Source: an uncultured Alphaproteobacteria bacterium
Lineage (GTDB): Bacteria; Pseudomonadota; Alphaproteobacteria; Methylaequorales; Methylaequoraceae
DNA: 64,000 nt
NCBI GenBank assembly: GCA_902563505.1
Contig: CACEXK010000003.1
Span: forward strand, 110,318-174,317
Direction of reading: 5' to 3'
Shown piece after piece: positions 1-10,449 of the stretch. Position 1 is the stretch's first letter; each line of letters begins with the position of its first letter. Below the pieces are notes generated by a model, which was given only the letters and a program-made list of their open reading frames with translations, was not told where the DNA came from and searched no databases. The position numbers were made by a program, and so were the translations under genes.

Positions 1-847
1 AAAATACATTAGGGTGTATAACTACATCACTATCGATTTTTGTATCTGCACTAAAATAAACTGTTTGTGGATCAATTATTGTGGTTCCATTTTTTAGAGT
101 AAAGTTTCTAAAGTTTTCCTGAAACCGATTTTCAACTTCTGCCAAATCTCTTTTATCATTTACTCCCAAAGTTTCATTTTGGTTTACTTGAATATGTGAG
201 ACTTTTAAATTTTCATTATTCATAATTTCAACAATATCTGTGAGAAAAAACTCTTTCTTGTTATTTTTGTTTTTTATTTTCATTAATTTTTTGTGTAGAT
301 ATTTTGTTTTTGCTATCATAATTCCAGAGTTGCACAATTTTATTGATTTTTCATCGGCTTTAAGCTCTGACTTTTCGATTATTTTTTTTAATTTATCTCC
401 TGATGTAATTAATCTTCCATATGAGTGATTAGAGTTTTCTGGTATCATCGACAAAACACTTAAGTCATATTTTTTACTCCTAAAGTTCTTTAAACATTTA
501 TGTAATGTATTTTTTGAAATAAGAGGCGTATCTGCATATAAAATTATTGTTAATTCTGGCTTTTGCGATTCTTTTGTTTGTAAAGCTGATAAAACAGCAT
601 CTGCAGTTCCAAGTTGATTTTTTTGCAAAGCATAGTTCACTCTATTGTATTTTTTGGAGATTTGGTCCACATAATCGTTAAGATTTTTTGAAATTACTAA
701 TGTAATGTTTTGAGGTTTGAGATCTCTTGATGTATCCAAAACATGAAAAAGCATTGGATAATTTCCAACATTGTGGAAAATTTTGGGAGTTTTAGACTTC
801 ATCCTTTTTCCCTTACCAGCAGCTAAAATAATTATAGAAAGTGACAT
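1..847 (-). CDS. glmU: Bifunctional GlmU, N-terminal uridyltransferase part (gene continues past the window start)
   Basis: Reverse-strand translation from the ATG at 847-845 gives MSLSIIILAAGKGKRMKSKTPKIFH..., the LAAGKGKRM nucleotidyltransferase signature of GlmU. The ORF is open to position 1. Confidence 0.75.
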   Translation of the reverse strand, partial: MSLSIIILAAGKGKRMKSKTPKIFHNVGNYPMLFHVLDTSRDLKPQNITLVISKNLNDYVDQISKKYNRVNYALQKNQLGTADAVLSALQTKESQKPELTIILYADTPLISKNTLHKCLKNFRSKKYDLSVLSMIPENSNHSYGRLITSGDKLKKIIEKSELKADEKSIKLCNSGIMIAKTKYLHKKLMKIKNKNNKKEFFLTDIVEIMNNENLKVSHIQVNQNETLGVNDKRDLAEVENRFQENFRNFTLKNGTTIIDPQTVYFSADTKIDSDVVIHPNVF

Positions 848-913
848 TAACTTCCTTAGACTCTTTTTAAAAAAATGATATTATAATTCTTTCTAACAGA
901 CATTTACTTATTT

Positions 914-1570
914 ATGAATAAAAAATTTAAATGTATAATATTTGATCTTGATGGAACATTGATAGATAGCGGACCAGATTTACTTGATTCATTAAACCAT
1001 GTTTTAATTTCCAAAAAACTTCAACCAATTAGTAAGTCTGTAATTGGTAATTTAGTTGGTGGTGGAGCTGAGGCAATGATAAGAAAAGGGTTCAAATATT
1101 TGAAAAAAGAACTGGAGGAGGAGCAATTACCATCTTTAATCATGAATTTCCTAAAATATTACTCTGATAATTGTACAAAAAAAACAAAACTTTATCCAAA
1201 TGTAAGAGAAACCTTGTCATATTTAAGAAAAAAAAATTTAATGATTTGCTTATGTACAAATAAAAGACAAAAATTAGCTGAGAAAATTTTAAATGATTTC
1301 AAAGTTTCATTTTTATTTGATTTTATCTTAGGTTCACAAAAAGGAATGTTACTAAAGCCAAATATTGAAATGCCTAAAAAATGTCTCGAAAGATTAAATG
1401 TAAAACCAGAAAATTCAATTTTTGTTGGGGATAGTAATAATGATTTGATTCCAGCAAAAAAACTTGGGATTTTTTCAGCATTTGTAAAATATGGTTATGG
1501 AAATAAAAAAGATATAGAATATATGGATATTGAGATTGAAAATATAATTGATTTAAAAAAAATTATATAA
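914..1570 (+). CDS. gph: HAD-superfamily hydrolase, phosphoglycolate phosphatase-like
   Basis: N-terminal DxD motif (IIFDLDGTLIDS) and the later GDSNNDL motif are typical of HAD phosphatases. 218 aa. Confidence 0.7.
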   Translation: MNKKFKCIIFDLDGTLIDSGPDLLDSLNHVLISKKLQPISKSVIGNLVGGGAEAMIRKGFKYLKKELEEEQLPSLIMNFLKYYSDNCTKKTKLYPNVRETLSYLRKKNLMICLCTNKRQKLAEKILNDFKVSFLFDFILGSQKGMLLKPNIEMPKKCLERLNVKPENSIFVGDSNNDLIPAKKLGIFSAFVKYGYGNKKDIEYMDIEIENIIDLKKII

Positions 1571-1794
1571 GATTAAATCTTAATTCGCTCAGTAAAAAAA
1601 ATATTGATCTCATTTAATACTTCATAAATAGTTAGAACAGCTACAATTAATGCTAGAAAAGCTATTATATACATTATTTTATTAAATTTAGGATCCATAG
1701 ATAAAATTATATAAAATAAAAAATAATTGTACAGATCAAGTAATTTCATGAATTGAATACTTTAAAGTTTTTTTTTTTTCATATACTATGACCA

Positions 1795-2748
1795 ATGCAA
1801 AAAAATCTACTTAAAGAATCAAAGGATTCCATAAAGTTAGCCACAGATTATTTAAAACATGGAAAACTTGTATCAATAAAAACAGAAACAGTTTATGGCG
1901 TTGCTTGCAACCCTTCCAATATTATCGCAATTAAAAAATTATATAATCTTAAAAATAGACCAAGTTTTAATCCACTAATAATTCATGTTAATTCCGTTAA
2001 GATGGCTTCAGATTTTGTTGATTTTACTGAAGATGCAAAAAAAATTGCTCATGCATTTTGGCCTGGCCCGCTAACCCTTATTCTTAAAAAAAAAAAAAAT
2101 AATTTAATCAACGATTTTTCAATTTCTGGACTCGATACAATTGCAGTAAGAATGCCAAACTCGCAAATATTCCTTAATATAATAAAAAATTTTGGCAATC
2201 CAATTGCTGCACCTAGTGCAAATAAAAGTGGTTACATCTCTTCTACAACTGCACAACATGTTTTAGACTCTTTTGGGAGTAAAGTTGATTTAGTCATTGA
2301 TTCTGGAAAGTGTGAGTTAGGGCTTGAATCAACTATAATTGATTTATCAAATGAACCCTACATTATTAAAAGACTTGGTGTTCTGGATATTAAGAAGATT
2401 TATAAAAAAACAGGAATAAATGTAAAAACCGAGAGAAAAAATACAAAAAATATAAATTCTCCAGGACAATTAGAAAAACATTATTCACCTAAAACACCTC
2501 TAATAATGAATATAAAGATTCCAAAAGATGGTGATGCTTTTTTATCTTTTGGAAAAAATTATATTGATAACCACAAACCATCTTTAAACTTGTCTAGTGA
2601 AGGAAATCTTAAAGAGGCAGCTTATAATCTTTTTGATTTTCTCAGAAGGTTAGATAAATTAAGTATGAAAAGAATTGTGGTAACTCCTATTCCTAAACAC
2701 GGTATTGGCATTACTATTAACGAAAGACTAAATAGGGCTTCTTCATAA
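1795..2748 (+). CDS. tsaC: L-threonylcarbamoyladenylate synthase (Sua5/YciO/YrdC family)
   Basis: KTETVYGVACNP ... PLIIHV ... ESTIIDL motifs of the YrdC/Sua5 domain, plus a C-terminal Sua5 extension. 317 aa. Confidence 0.75.
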   Translation: MQKNLLKESKDSIKLATDYLKHGKLVSIKTETVYGVACNPSNIIAIKKLYNLKNRPSFNPLIIHVNSVKMASDFVDFTEDAKKIAHAFWPGPLTLILKKKKNNLINDFSISGLDTIAVRMPNSQIFLNIIKNFGNPIAAPSANKSGYISSTTAQHVLDSFGSKVDLVIDSGKCELGLESTIIDLSNEPYIIKRLGVLDIKKIYKKTGINVKTERKNTKNINSPGQLEKHYSPKTPLIMNIKIPKDGDAFLSFGKNYIDNHKPSLNLSSEGNLKEAAYNLFDFLRRLDKLSMKRIVVTPIPKHGIGITINERLNRASS

Positions 2749-4140
2749 ATGCAAGATAAAATAAAAAAAGAAATAATTAATGAACTTCTTCCCAATGAAT
2801 ATTCAACAGAACAAAGTGTAATTAAAAATTATTGTATCGATTGGAGAGGAGATTTTGAGGGGACATCAGATATAATTCTTTTTCCGAGCTCCGTGGCAAA
2901 AATCTCAAGAATTGTAAAAATTTGTAATAAAAAAAAAATTCCAATAGTGCCACAGGGAGGAAATACAAGTCTAGTCGGAGGTTCCGTGCCCAGAAAAAAT
3001 AAGGGTGAAATAATTTTAAATCTTTCAAAACTCAATAGAATTAGAAAAATAAATCTTATTGACTATACAATCACACTAGAAAGTGGATGTATTTTAGAAA
3101 ATGTTAAAAAGGAATTAGAATATTCTAAAATGGTATTCCCTTTATCAATGGGATCTAAGGGTAGTTGTCAAATAGGCGGAAATATAGCAACTAATGCAGG
3201 CGGAGTAAATGTTATCAAGTATGGTTCATTGAGAAGCAATATTTTGGGACTAGAAATAATTACCTATGATGGGGAGGTAGTATCTGAATTGAATGATATA
3301 AAGAAAAATAATACTGGCTTAGATTTAAAACAGTTATTTATTGGTTCAGAGGGAATTCTTGGAATAATAACAGCTGCAACGATGAAAATATTTAATCAAC
3401 CCAAAGAAAGAAATGTTTTGTGGATAGCACTAAAAGATTTTAAACAAACATTAAATTTATTCTCATTCATTACAAAAACTTTTAATGATCAAATTACAAG
3501 TTTTGAAATTATGAATAAAAAATCAATTTCGATAATTAAAGAAATAGAAATTAAATTTGATGTAAAAAATTATGAATTTTTTTGTTTAGTCGAAATATCT
3601 AATTTTCAAGGAATAGATAATTTTTATGAGTACATAGTTGATCGACTGAAAAAAATAAATTATTCCGAAATTGATATGATTATATCAAAATCAGAATCTG
3701 AAAATCAAAAAATTTGGAATATTAGAGAATCAATCCCTATCGAAGAAAAAAAACATGGTTATATAATTAAACACGATATTTCTATTCCTCTAGAAAAAAT
3801 GGAAGAGTTCATAATCAATACTGAAAATCAGATTAAGAAATATGACAATAAGGCTGAGGTGATTAATTTTGGTCATCTAGGTGATAATAATCTTCATTAT
3901 AATGTTATGATTAAAGATCCAAATAAAGTACAGCAAAAGAAAACTGAAATTAGGATTAATGAAATTATTTTTAATAATGTAAGAAAGTGCAAAGGATCAA
4001 TCAGTGCGGAACATGGAATTGGTCAACTTCGGAAGAAAGATCTTTTAAAATTTAGAGGTGGAAATGAAATAAAAAAAATGAAATTGATCAAGAATGCATT
4101 TGATCCTAACAATATCTTTAATCCTGGTAAAATTTTCTAA
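2749..4140 (+). CDS. FAD-linked oxidase (GlcD / D-lactate dehydrogenase-like)
   Basis: FAD-binding PCMH-type region (PQGGNTSLVGGSVP) and a C-terminal FAD-oxidase domain. The ATG follows the TAA of the upstream gene directly, suggesting translational coupling. Confidence 0.7.
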   Translation: MQDKIKKEIINELLPNEYSTEQSVIKNYCIDWRGDFEGTSDIILFPSSVAKISRIVKICNKKKIPIVPQGGNTSLVGGSVPRKNKGEIILNLSKLNRIRKINLIDYTITLESGCILENVKKELEYSKMVFPLSMGSKGSCQIGGNIATNAGGVNVIKYGSLRSNILGLEIITYDGEVVSELNDIKKNNTGLDLKQLFIGSEGILGIITAATMKIFNQPKERNVLWIALKDFKQTLNLFSFITKTFNDQITSFEIMNKKSISIIKEIEIKFDVKNYEFFCLVEISNFQGIDNFYEYIVDRLKKINYSEIDMIISKSESENQKIWNIRESIPIEEKKHGYIIKHDISIPLEKMEEFIINTENQIKKYDNKAEVINFGHLGDNNLHYNVMIKDPNKVQQKKTEIRINEIIFNNVRKCKGSISAEHGIGQLRKKDLLKFRGGNEIKKMKLIKNAFDPNNIFNPGKIF

Positions 4141-5045
4141 TCTAGTTTACTTTTATAAACCTTGTTTGCTTCCTCACAAGTTTTGATAATATTGAATGGC
4201 AATCTAAATAAACCAATACAATATAAAAAAAACCATCTTGAAAAAAAAATTGAGTGAAGGAATCTTTTTGCAAATCTCCATGACCTAGCAGTCAATCTTC
4301 TTTGTGCATATAATTTCAACCCCAGAGATAAATCTTTATTTTCCTTCAAAAATAATTCAAGTGCTTTAGACACTCTAAATATTTGTTGATTTTTTTTTTC
4401 TGATATTTGACCAGGTGCTTTAAATGGTAGAATTGCTAAAGCGTGGTTTAGTCTAATAAAACCACCAAACATAGAAAGTTTTAGTGTCAAAGAGTATTCC
4501 TGACTAAACTTTACTCTTTCATCGCAACCATTAGTCATTTGACATAAATCTGTTTTTACCATGAACTGAGATGGATTAAACATAGAATTCCTCATTGCTA
4601 ATTTCGCTGGGTTTTTTATGTAAGTTAAATTTTCTTTATTTATTTTTTCATCTAGATTTACATTATCAATATTTTGAACTTTTCTCTGGAGTCCATAAGC
4701 TAGATTACAACCCGGATTATTTTCAAAAATTTCTATCAAAATTTTAGTTGAATCACTAAGTATGACATCATCAGCATCTAGAAATTTGATATATTTCATT
4801 TTAGCAGCTTTAATTCCTACATTAGTGGCATTGGCTGATCCTTTATTTTTTTGGGAAATAATTTTACATTTTTTTAAGTTTTTGGTTTCTTTTTTTATTA
4901 TTTTTAGTGAATTATCAGTGGAACCATCATCAATAAAAATAAATTCTCTATCAAAATCTCCATTTTGTTTTTTTAAAGATTTTATTACAGTTTTTAAATA
5001 AGAAGATTTATTGAAAACTGGTATAACAAAAGTTACTGAACTCAT
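4137..5045 (-). CDS. Glycosyltransferase family 2
   Basis: VIPVFNKSSYL ... IFIDDGSTDNS ... DADD motifs of GT2 (GT-A fold). Confidence 0.75.
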   Translation of the reverse strand: MSSVTFVIPVFNKSSYLKTVIKSLKKQNGDFDREFIFIDDGSTDNSLKIIKKETKNLKKCKIISQKNKGSANATNVGIKAAKMKYIKFLDADDVILSDSTKILIEIFENNPGCNLAYGLQRKVQNIDNVNLDEKINKENLTYIKNPAKLAMRNSMFNPSQFMVKTDLCQMTNGCDERVKFSQEYSLTLKLSMFGGFIRLNHALAILPFKAPGQISEKKNQQIFRVSKALELFLKENKDLSLGLKLYAQRRLTARSWRFAKRFLHSIFFSRWFFLYCIGLFRLPFNIIKTCEEANKVYKSKLD

Positions 5046-5050
5046 GATAT

Positions 5051-5740
5051 TTAATCGAAGTTAATTAATTTCTTTACAAGTTTCATGTTGCCAAAGGCAG
5101 AAGCATCCGTATTTTCATATCTTTCTTGCATAATAACTCCAACACCATCACATATTATCTCGTTATTTTTTATTTTTACATCAATTGGACCTGATCTAGT
5201 ATCTGCTATAAAATTCGTCGTTCCTTGTCCGGAAATTTCAATGCAATTTTTAAAAACCTTTCCACTCATTCTATATTTCTTATATCTATTTATTATTTTG
5301 TATTGCATATCAAATTGACTTGTTGGTTTAACATTTAAAAGTGGTGGTTGAAATCCTCTAACTAAGAAAAGTTGTTCTCTTACTTGCCATTCTTCAATAT
5401 TAAAATTCATATCCGGATAAATAACCTTTTCAACTGGTTCTACAATTCCCTCATCAAAAGTTAGAATAACAGATTTTCTCGTTACCTTTTTTGAATTTAG
5501 ATTAATTTCGTAAGTATAATAACTACCATCAGAATATAATCTTGAAACTTCAAAAACATTACCGTTTTTCTTTTTTTCTGCATTAAGAATCATAATTCGT
5601 TTTTCAAAACTTTTTCCTGTATATGATGATTCAACAACAATGGAGTAAATCCATTTCAAACCTGGTTTTAAAGGAAAAAAATTTCCTTCACGGATATCAC
5701 ATGAAACAAGGAGAAATATAATGAAAAAAATTAATCTCAT
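5051..5740 (-). CDS. Lipoprotein of unknown function (paralogue of 31145..31834)
   Basis: Lipobox MRLIFFIIFLLVSC. Roughly 30% identity by my manual alignment along the full length with the 229-aa lipoprotein at 31145 (MRL..FLL.SC...PL..W.YS ... GKF..C..I.G.G..FI ... E.TD..FG). Confidence 0.6.
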   Translation of the reverse strand: MRLIFFIIFLLVSCDIREGNFFPLKPGLKWIYSIVVESSYTGKSFEKRIMILNAEKKKNGNVFEVSRLYSDGSYYTYEINLNSKKVTRKSVILTFDEGIVEPVEKVIYPDMNFNIEEWQVREQLFLVRGFQPPLLNVKPTSQFDMQYKIINRYKKYRMSGKVFKNCIEISGQGTTNFIADTRSGPIDVKIKNNEIICDGVGVIMQERYENTDASAFGNMKLVKKLINFD

Positions 5741-5745
5741 TTGAC

Positions 5746-5820
5746 GGTGCCCAGGGGAGGAATTGAACCACCGACACAGCGATTTTCAGTCGCTTGCTCT
5801 ACCAACTGAGCTACCTGGGC
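5746..5820 (-). tRNA. tRNA-Phe (GAA)
   Basis: The reverse complement folds as a cloverleaf: acceptor GCCCAGG/CCTGGGC, D-loop AGTTGGTAG with GG, anticodon loop CTGAAAA (GAA), T-loop TTCAATT, discriminator A. CC is encoded. Confidence 0.85.
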
Positions 5821-5872
5821 AAATAAAAATTTAGATTTCAAGATTAGTTATTACAATAGGTTGACAAAAATT

Positions 5873-6463
5873 TCAATTTTTAAATCCAAAGCCTTTTAAA
5901 ATTGAATATAAATCCGATATTGAGAGACCAACAACATTTGAATATGATCCTCTTATCTTTTTAACAAATTTTCCAGCCAAACCCTGAATAGCGTAACCGC
6001 CAGATTTTCCAATACCCTCATTGATTAAAGTTTTATCTTCAAGTTCTTTACAAGAAATTCTATTAAAATAAACCTCTGTTTTAACTAGTCGCTTAGAAAT
6101 TTTTCCCTTTGTATTCATTACGCATAATCCACCATAAACAAAATGTTTTCTTCCGGAAAGACTTTTAAGGTATGCGCCAACCTCTGTACGAGAAGATGTT
6201 TTTGAAAAAACTCTTCCGGATCTAAAAACTTCGGTATCTCCTGACACAATAATATAATTTCTATTTTTTATCTCTTTTAAAACAGAATTTGCTTTCAAAA
6301 ATGCGAACTCCACAACTTTTTTAGTAATTGGTAAGTCATATTTATAATTTTCTTCAGAAAAGCTAGGCCTTATGACTCTAAAATCATTGATTCCCATTTG
6401 TTTCAATATATGTTCCCTCCGTGGGGAGGATGAAGCTAAAACTATTTTATACTTTTCTGGCAA
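5873..6463 (-). CDS. maf: Maf-like nucleoside triphosphate pyrophosphatase / septum formation protein
   Basis: IVLASSSPRR N-terminus and overall Maf family similarity. 196 aa. Confidence 0.8.
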   Translation of the reverse strand: MPEKYKIVLASSSPRREHILKQMGINDFRVIRPSFSEENYKYDLPITKKVVEFAFLKANSVLKEIKNRNYIIVSGDTEVFRSGRVFSKTSSRTEVGAYLKSLSGRKHFVYGGLCVMNTKGKISKRLVKTEVYFNRISCKELEDKTLINEGIGKSGGYAIQGLAGKFVKKIRGSYSNVVGLSISDLYSILKGFGFKN

Positions 6464-6466
6464 AAA

Positions 6467-6685
6467 TTACTTGTGTCTGAAAGTTATTCTTCCTTTAGTC
6501 AGGTCATAGGGTGTCATTTCAACGGTAACTCTATCTCCTGCAAGTACTCGGATCCTAAATTTTCTCATTTTGCCAGCTGTATGAGCAATGATTTCATGAT
6601 TATTGTCAAGTAAAACTCTGAACATGGCATTTGGTAATAGTTCTTTAACTATTCCATTAAATTCCATCAGTTCTTCTTTTGCCAT
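6467..6685 (-). CDS. infA: Translation initiation factor IF-1
   Basis: The 72-aa product MAKEE...[14 protein letters not shown]...[14 protein letters not shown]...PYDLTKGRI is a near-canonical IF-1 S1 fold. Confidence 0.95.
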   Translation of the reverse strand: MAKEELMEFNGIVKELLPNAMFRVLLDNNHEIIAHTAGKMRKFRIRVLAGDRVTVEMTPYDLTKGRITFRHK

Positions 6686-6695
6686 AAAACTCCTA

Positions 6696-7988
6696 TTATT
6701 TCATTCTGCATTCTATTGATAAAGCATGTGCTTGTAAACCCTCTTGATAAGCAAGGGTAATAGCATCTTTTCCTATCATTTTTATGTTTTTTTTATTACA
6801 ACTCACCACAGATGTTCTTTTAAAAAAATCCAAAACATTCAGACCAGAAGAAAATTTTGCTGTACGATCTGTTGGAAGCACATGATTAGGTCCTGCAACA
6901 TAATCGCCAATTGCCTCTGGTGTATATCTTCCTAAAAAAACTGCACCTGCATTTTTAATTTTTTTTAGAAATATTTCTGCCTTAGAAGTTGCTATCTCTA
7001 AATGCTCTGGAGCAATCTGATTTACAAGATCTGCAGACATTCTTAAATTTTTACAAATTATCACAGCTCCGAAATCGTTCCAGCTTTTTTTTGCAATTTC
7101 TCTTCTATCTAAATTCAGAAGGATTTGGTCAACTTTAAGAATCACATCTTTTGCAAAACTTTCATCATCAGTTATTAAAATTGATTGAGCAAGGATATCA
7201 TGTTCTGCTTGAGATAATAAATCTAAAGCTATATGTTCTGGATTATTTTTATTATCCGCAATCACAAGAATCTCTGATGGTCCAGCAATCATGTCAATGC
7301 CAACTTTTCCAAATAGTTTTTTTTTTGCTGTAGCAACATAAGCATTGCCAGGTCCAACAATTTTATCAACCTTATTAATTTTTTTTGTGCCAAGTGCTAA
7401 TGCCGCAACAGCTTGAGCTCCACCTATTTTATATATTTCTCTGATACCTAATAATTTTGCACTTGCCAATATCACAGGATTCAATTTACCACTCAAAGTT
7501 GGAACTGTTACAACTATTCTTTTAACACCTGCAACAATTGCAGGAATAGCGTTCATTATTAATGAAGAAGGGTAAGAAGCCGTACCACCTGGAACATATA
7601 AACACACCGATTCAACCGGATTCCACAATCCTCCTAAAATCACTCCCTTGTCATCTTTGTAAATATTATTTTTAGGTATTTGTTTTTTGTGATAGTCCTT
7701 TATTCTCTTGATTGCATTTTTCAAAGCCTTTAAAACTTTAGCATCAATAGCTTTAAGTGAATTTGACAATTCTTTTTTGCTTACTATCAAATCTTCAATT
7801 TTACTAATCTTGAACTTATCCAGATCTCTTGTATAAGCAATTAAAGCAGAGTCTGATTTACTTTCTATATCACCGATAATTTTGTCTACAATCTTTTCAA
7901 CCGATTTATCAGTTTGTTCTCTTTTCACTAACAATTCTGCAAATTTCTTTTGAAAGTCAGTTTGAGTTTCTCTTAAAATCCTAACCAT
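6696..7988 (-). CDS. hisD: Histidinol dehydrogenase
   Basis: 430 aa with the typical HisD core (GPGNAYV, SQAEHD). Confidence 0.9.
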   Translation of the reverse strand: MVRILRETQTDFQKKFAELLVKREQTDKSVEKIVDKIIGDIESKSDSALIAYTRDLDKFKISKIEDLIVSKKELSNSLKAIDAKVLKALKNAIKRIKDYHKKQIPKNNIYKDDKGVILGGLWNPVESVCLYVPGGTASYPSSLIMNAIPAIVAGVKRIVVTVPTLSGKLNPVILASAKLLGIREIYKIGGAQAVAALALGTKKINKVDKIVGPGNAYVATAKKKLFGKVGIDMIAGPSEILVIADNKNNPEHIALDLLSQAEHDILAQSILITDDESFAKDVILKVDQILLNLDRREIAKKSWNDFGAVIICKNLRMSADLVNQIAPEHLEIATSKAEIFLKKIKNAGAVFLGRYTPEAIGDYVAGPNHVLPTDRTAKFSSGLNVLDFFKRTSVVSCNKKNIKMIGKDAITLAYQEGLQAHALSIECRMK

Positions 7989-8628
7989 TTAAAGTCTTTT
8001 TGAATTTATTTAATATTCGAGTTATTTTTTCGTTCATCAATTTATAGGCAATTTTATTAATTATAAGTTTTGATGTAATATTTAATAGTACATCACATTC
8101 TTCCAAGTTATTTTCTTTAATTGTTCTACCTGTTGAAACTAAGTCAACAATAGTCGAACAAATTCCTAATCTGGGAGCTAATTCAACTGCACCATTAAGT
8201 TTTATACACTCAGCTCTTATACCTTTATTTGCGAAGTAATTCGTTACAGTATTTTTGTATTTAGTTGCAACCATAATATGGCCCTGACTTCCTATATTAT
8301 TTTTCTTTTTTTCTATGGTTTTAGCTATTGACAATCTACATTTTCCAATTTTAAGATCTAGTACATCATATATTTCTTCATAACCAAACTCTGTTAAAAC
8401 ATCGTCTCCAGCAACACCAATATGCGCAGCACCGAATGCCACAAATGTTGCTACATCAAATGCCCTAACTCTAATAATTGATAAATCATTATTGTTGGTT
8501 GAGAACATCAATTTTCTCGACTTTTTATCAAAAAAATCAGCCTCTGGGATTATTTTTGATTTTTTGAGGAGTGGAACCAGTTCATCGAGGATCCTACCTT
8601 TTGGGACTGCCATAATTATTTTCTTCAT
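7981..8628 (-). CDS. hisG: ATP phosphoribosyltransferase
   Basis: MKKIIMAVPKGRILDE N-terminus and HisG-long architecture. Overlaps hisD by 8 nt. Confidence 0.85.
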   Translation of the reverse strand: MKKIIMAVPKGRILDELVPLLKKSKIIPEADFFDKKSRKLMFSTNNNDLSIIRVRAFDVATFVAFGAAHIGVAGDDVLTEFGYEEIYDVLDLKIGKCRLSIAKTIEKKKNNIGSQGHIMVATKYKNTVTNYFANKGIRAECIKLNGAVELAPRLGICSTIVDLVSTGRTIKENNLEECDVLLNITSKLIINKIAYKLMNEKITRILNKFKKTLNG

Positions 8629-9893
8629 CTATTTACACGTATAATTTTGATACCACAATTTTGTAGTTTCTTCTCAATATTTTCATATCCTCTATCTAAA
8701 TGATATACCCTATTAATTATAGTCTTACCCTTAGCCATTAATCCAGCAATTATTAAACACGAGGAAGCTCTCAAATCAGTTGCCATTACCTCAGCTCCAT
8801 AAATATCTTTTACTCCATTTATCAAAATTTTTGAACCCTCTAAGGTTAAATCAGCTCCCATTCGCTTTAATTCACTAACATGCATAAATCTATTCTCAAA
8901 AATATTTTCTTTTATTTCTGATTTACCTTTAGATTTTATCAAAGATGCTGTTAGCTGAGCTTGGAGGTCAGTTGGAAAACCAGGGTATTCTCTAGTACTA
9001 ACTTTTAAATTAACATTTTTTTTTCTAATTTTCTCTACATATAATTTTTCGCCATTATTTTTTTTTTCTAATTTAAGGTTTTTTAATGGTGAGAAAATTT
9101 TTATTAGATGGTCAGAGACATTATCATTTATATTTTCTAAAATCACCTTACCTGAACACCCAAATACCATTAGCACAAATGTTCCTGCTTCTATTCTATC
9201 CGGCATAATTTTAAATTTACAATCTTCTAATTTTTTTTTCCCTTTTATTATTATCTCACTTGTTCCGTAACCTTTTATATCGGCACCTATTTTGTTTAAA
9301 AAATTTGCTAAATCAATGATCTCGGGTTCTTTAGCAGCATTTTTAATTATGGTAATTCCATCAGCAAGAGTGGCAGCCATCATTAAATTTTCAGTAGCCC
9401 CAACAGAAATTTTCTTCAATTTAACAATATTTCCTTTTAGCTTTCCTGCGACTTTTCCTTTGACATAACCATTCTCAATTTTGAATTTGGCACCCATTTT
9501 TTCAAATCCATCTAAATGTATATCAACTGGCCTGGTTCCAATAGCACAACCTCCAGGCATTGAAACCTCAGCATAACCATATCTTGTTAGAAGTGGACCT
9601 AAAATCAAAAAAGATGCTCTCATTTTTCTCACAAGATCATAGGAAACATTAAGTGAGTCAGGTTTATTTGATTTTATAAGACAACAATTTTTTGAAAACT
9701 CAATTTTTGTATTTAATGATCTTAGTAAAGATATCATTGAATGAATATCTGCTAACTCTGGAATATTAGAAATCTGTAATTTTTTATCGGTTAACAAAGT
9801 AGCTGCTAAAATTGGTAAAGAGGCGTTTTTTGATCCGCTAATTTTAATTTTACCTTTTAATTGGATTCCTCCATCAATTTCAATTCTATCCAT
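8625..9893 (-). CDS. murA: UDP-N-acetylglucosamine 1-carboxyvinyltransferase
   Basis: 422 aa with EPSP-synthase-like MurA motifs (GGCAIGTRPVD, LRASSCLIIAGL). Confidence 0.9.
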   Translation of the reverse strand: MDRIEIDGGIQLKGKIKISGSKNASLPILAATLLTDKKLQISNIPELADIHSMISLLRSLNTKIEFSKNCCLIKSNKPDSLNVSYDLVRKMRASFLILGPLLTRYGYAEVSMPGGCAIGTRPVDIHLDGFEKMGAKFKIENGYVKGKVAGKLKGNIVKLKKISVGATENLMMAATLADGITIIKNAAKEPEIIDLANFLNKIGADIKGYGTSEIIIKGKKKLEDCKFKIMPDRIEAGTFVLMVFGCSGKVILENINDNVSDHLIKIFSPLKNLKLEKKNNGEKLYVEKIRKKNVNLKVSTREYPGFPTDLQAQLTASLIKSKGKSEIKENIFENRFMHVSELKRMGADLTLEGSKILINGVKDIYGAEVMATDLRASSCLIIAGLMAKGKTIINRVYHLDRGYENIEKKLQNCGIKIIRVNR

Positions 9894-9894
9894 T

Positions 9895-10449
9895 TCAAAG
9901 CTTTGGCAAAGTTACTTCTTTTTGATACATATATTTTCCTTTTCTATCAGCATAAGATTTTTCACAAACCTCTTCTCCATGAATAAATAAAAATTGAGCT
10001 GCCCCCTCATTAGCATAAATCTTTGCTGGTAAGGGAGTGGTATTTGAAAACTCTAATGTCACATGTCCTTCCCATTCAGGCTCAAGTGGAGTAACATTTA
10101 CAATTATACCGCACCTTGCATATGTTGATTTTCCAACACACACAACCAGGGTTTCCTTTGGGATTTTAAAATATTCAACAGTTTTTGCTAAAGCAAAACT
10201 GTTTGGAGGAATAATACAACAGTCTACTTTTCTATCCACAAAACTAGATTCTGGAAAGTTTTTTGGATCAACAGTTGCCGAATTAACATTAGTAAAAATC
10301 TTAAACTCCCTTGAAACTCTGGCATCATATCCATAGGATGACAAACCGTAAGATAAAACATTTTGCTTTACTAAATCTTCAACAAAAGGATTTATCATTT
10401 CTTGTTCTTGTGACATTTTTCTTATCCATGAGTCAGGCATTATTCCCAT
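9895..10449 (-). CDS. dcd: dCTP deaminase
   Basis: 184 aa with Dcd/dUTPase-fold motifs (GYDARV, VDPKNF). Confidence 0.85.
   Translation of the reverse strand: MGIMPDSWIRKMSQEQEMINPFVEDLVKQNVLSYGLSSYGYDARVSREFKIFTNVNSATVDPKNFPESSFVDRKVDCCIIPPNSFALAKTVEYFKIPKETLVVCVGKSTYARCGIIVNVTPLEPEWEGHVTLEFSNTTPLPAKIYANEGAAQFLFIHGEEVCEKSYADRKGKYMYQKEVTLPKL

Noticed and set aside
1566-1697. 43-aa hydrophobic minus-strand ORF (MDPKFNKIMYIIAFLALIVAVLTIYEV...) between gph and tsaC
   Set aside because: It could be a small membrane peptide. However, it sits in an intergenic spacer, has no clear RBS and could not be checked for conservation. Too weak to call.
2822-3035. Two 68-aa minus-strand ORFs inside the FAD-oxidase gene
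   Set aside because: Antisense to a well-supported CDS, with low-complexity translation. Typical spurious AT-rich ORFs. The same applies to 240..428, 4762..5001, 5085..5318, 6744..6935, 7151..7333, 10037..10336, 11267..11527, 13305..13511, 14259..14474, 15661..15873, 16498..16707, 21246..21551, 23319..23510, 23684..23911, 26275..26472, 27555..27854, 28485..28676, 32578..32814, 32760..33068, 38497..38850, 41136..41450, 41381..41599, 44005..44337, 44416..44862, 44696..44887, 44899..45105, 47095..47286, 57055..57252, 57545..57787, 59604..59789, 61828..62040 and 63168..63461.
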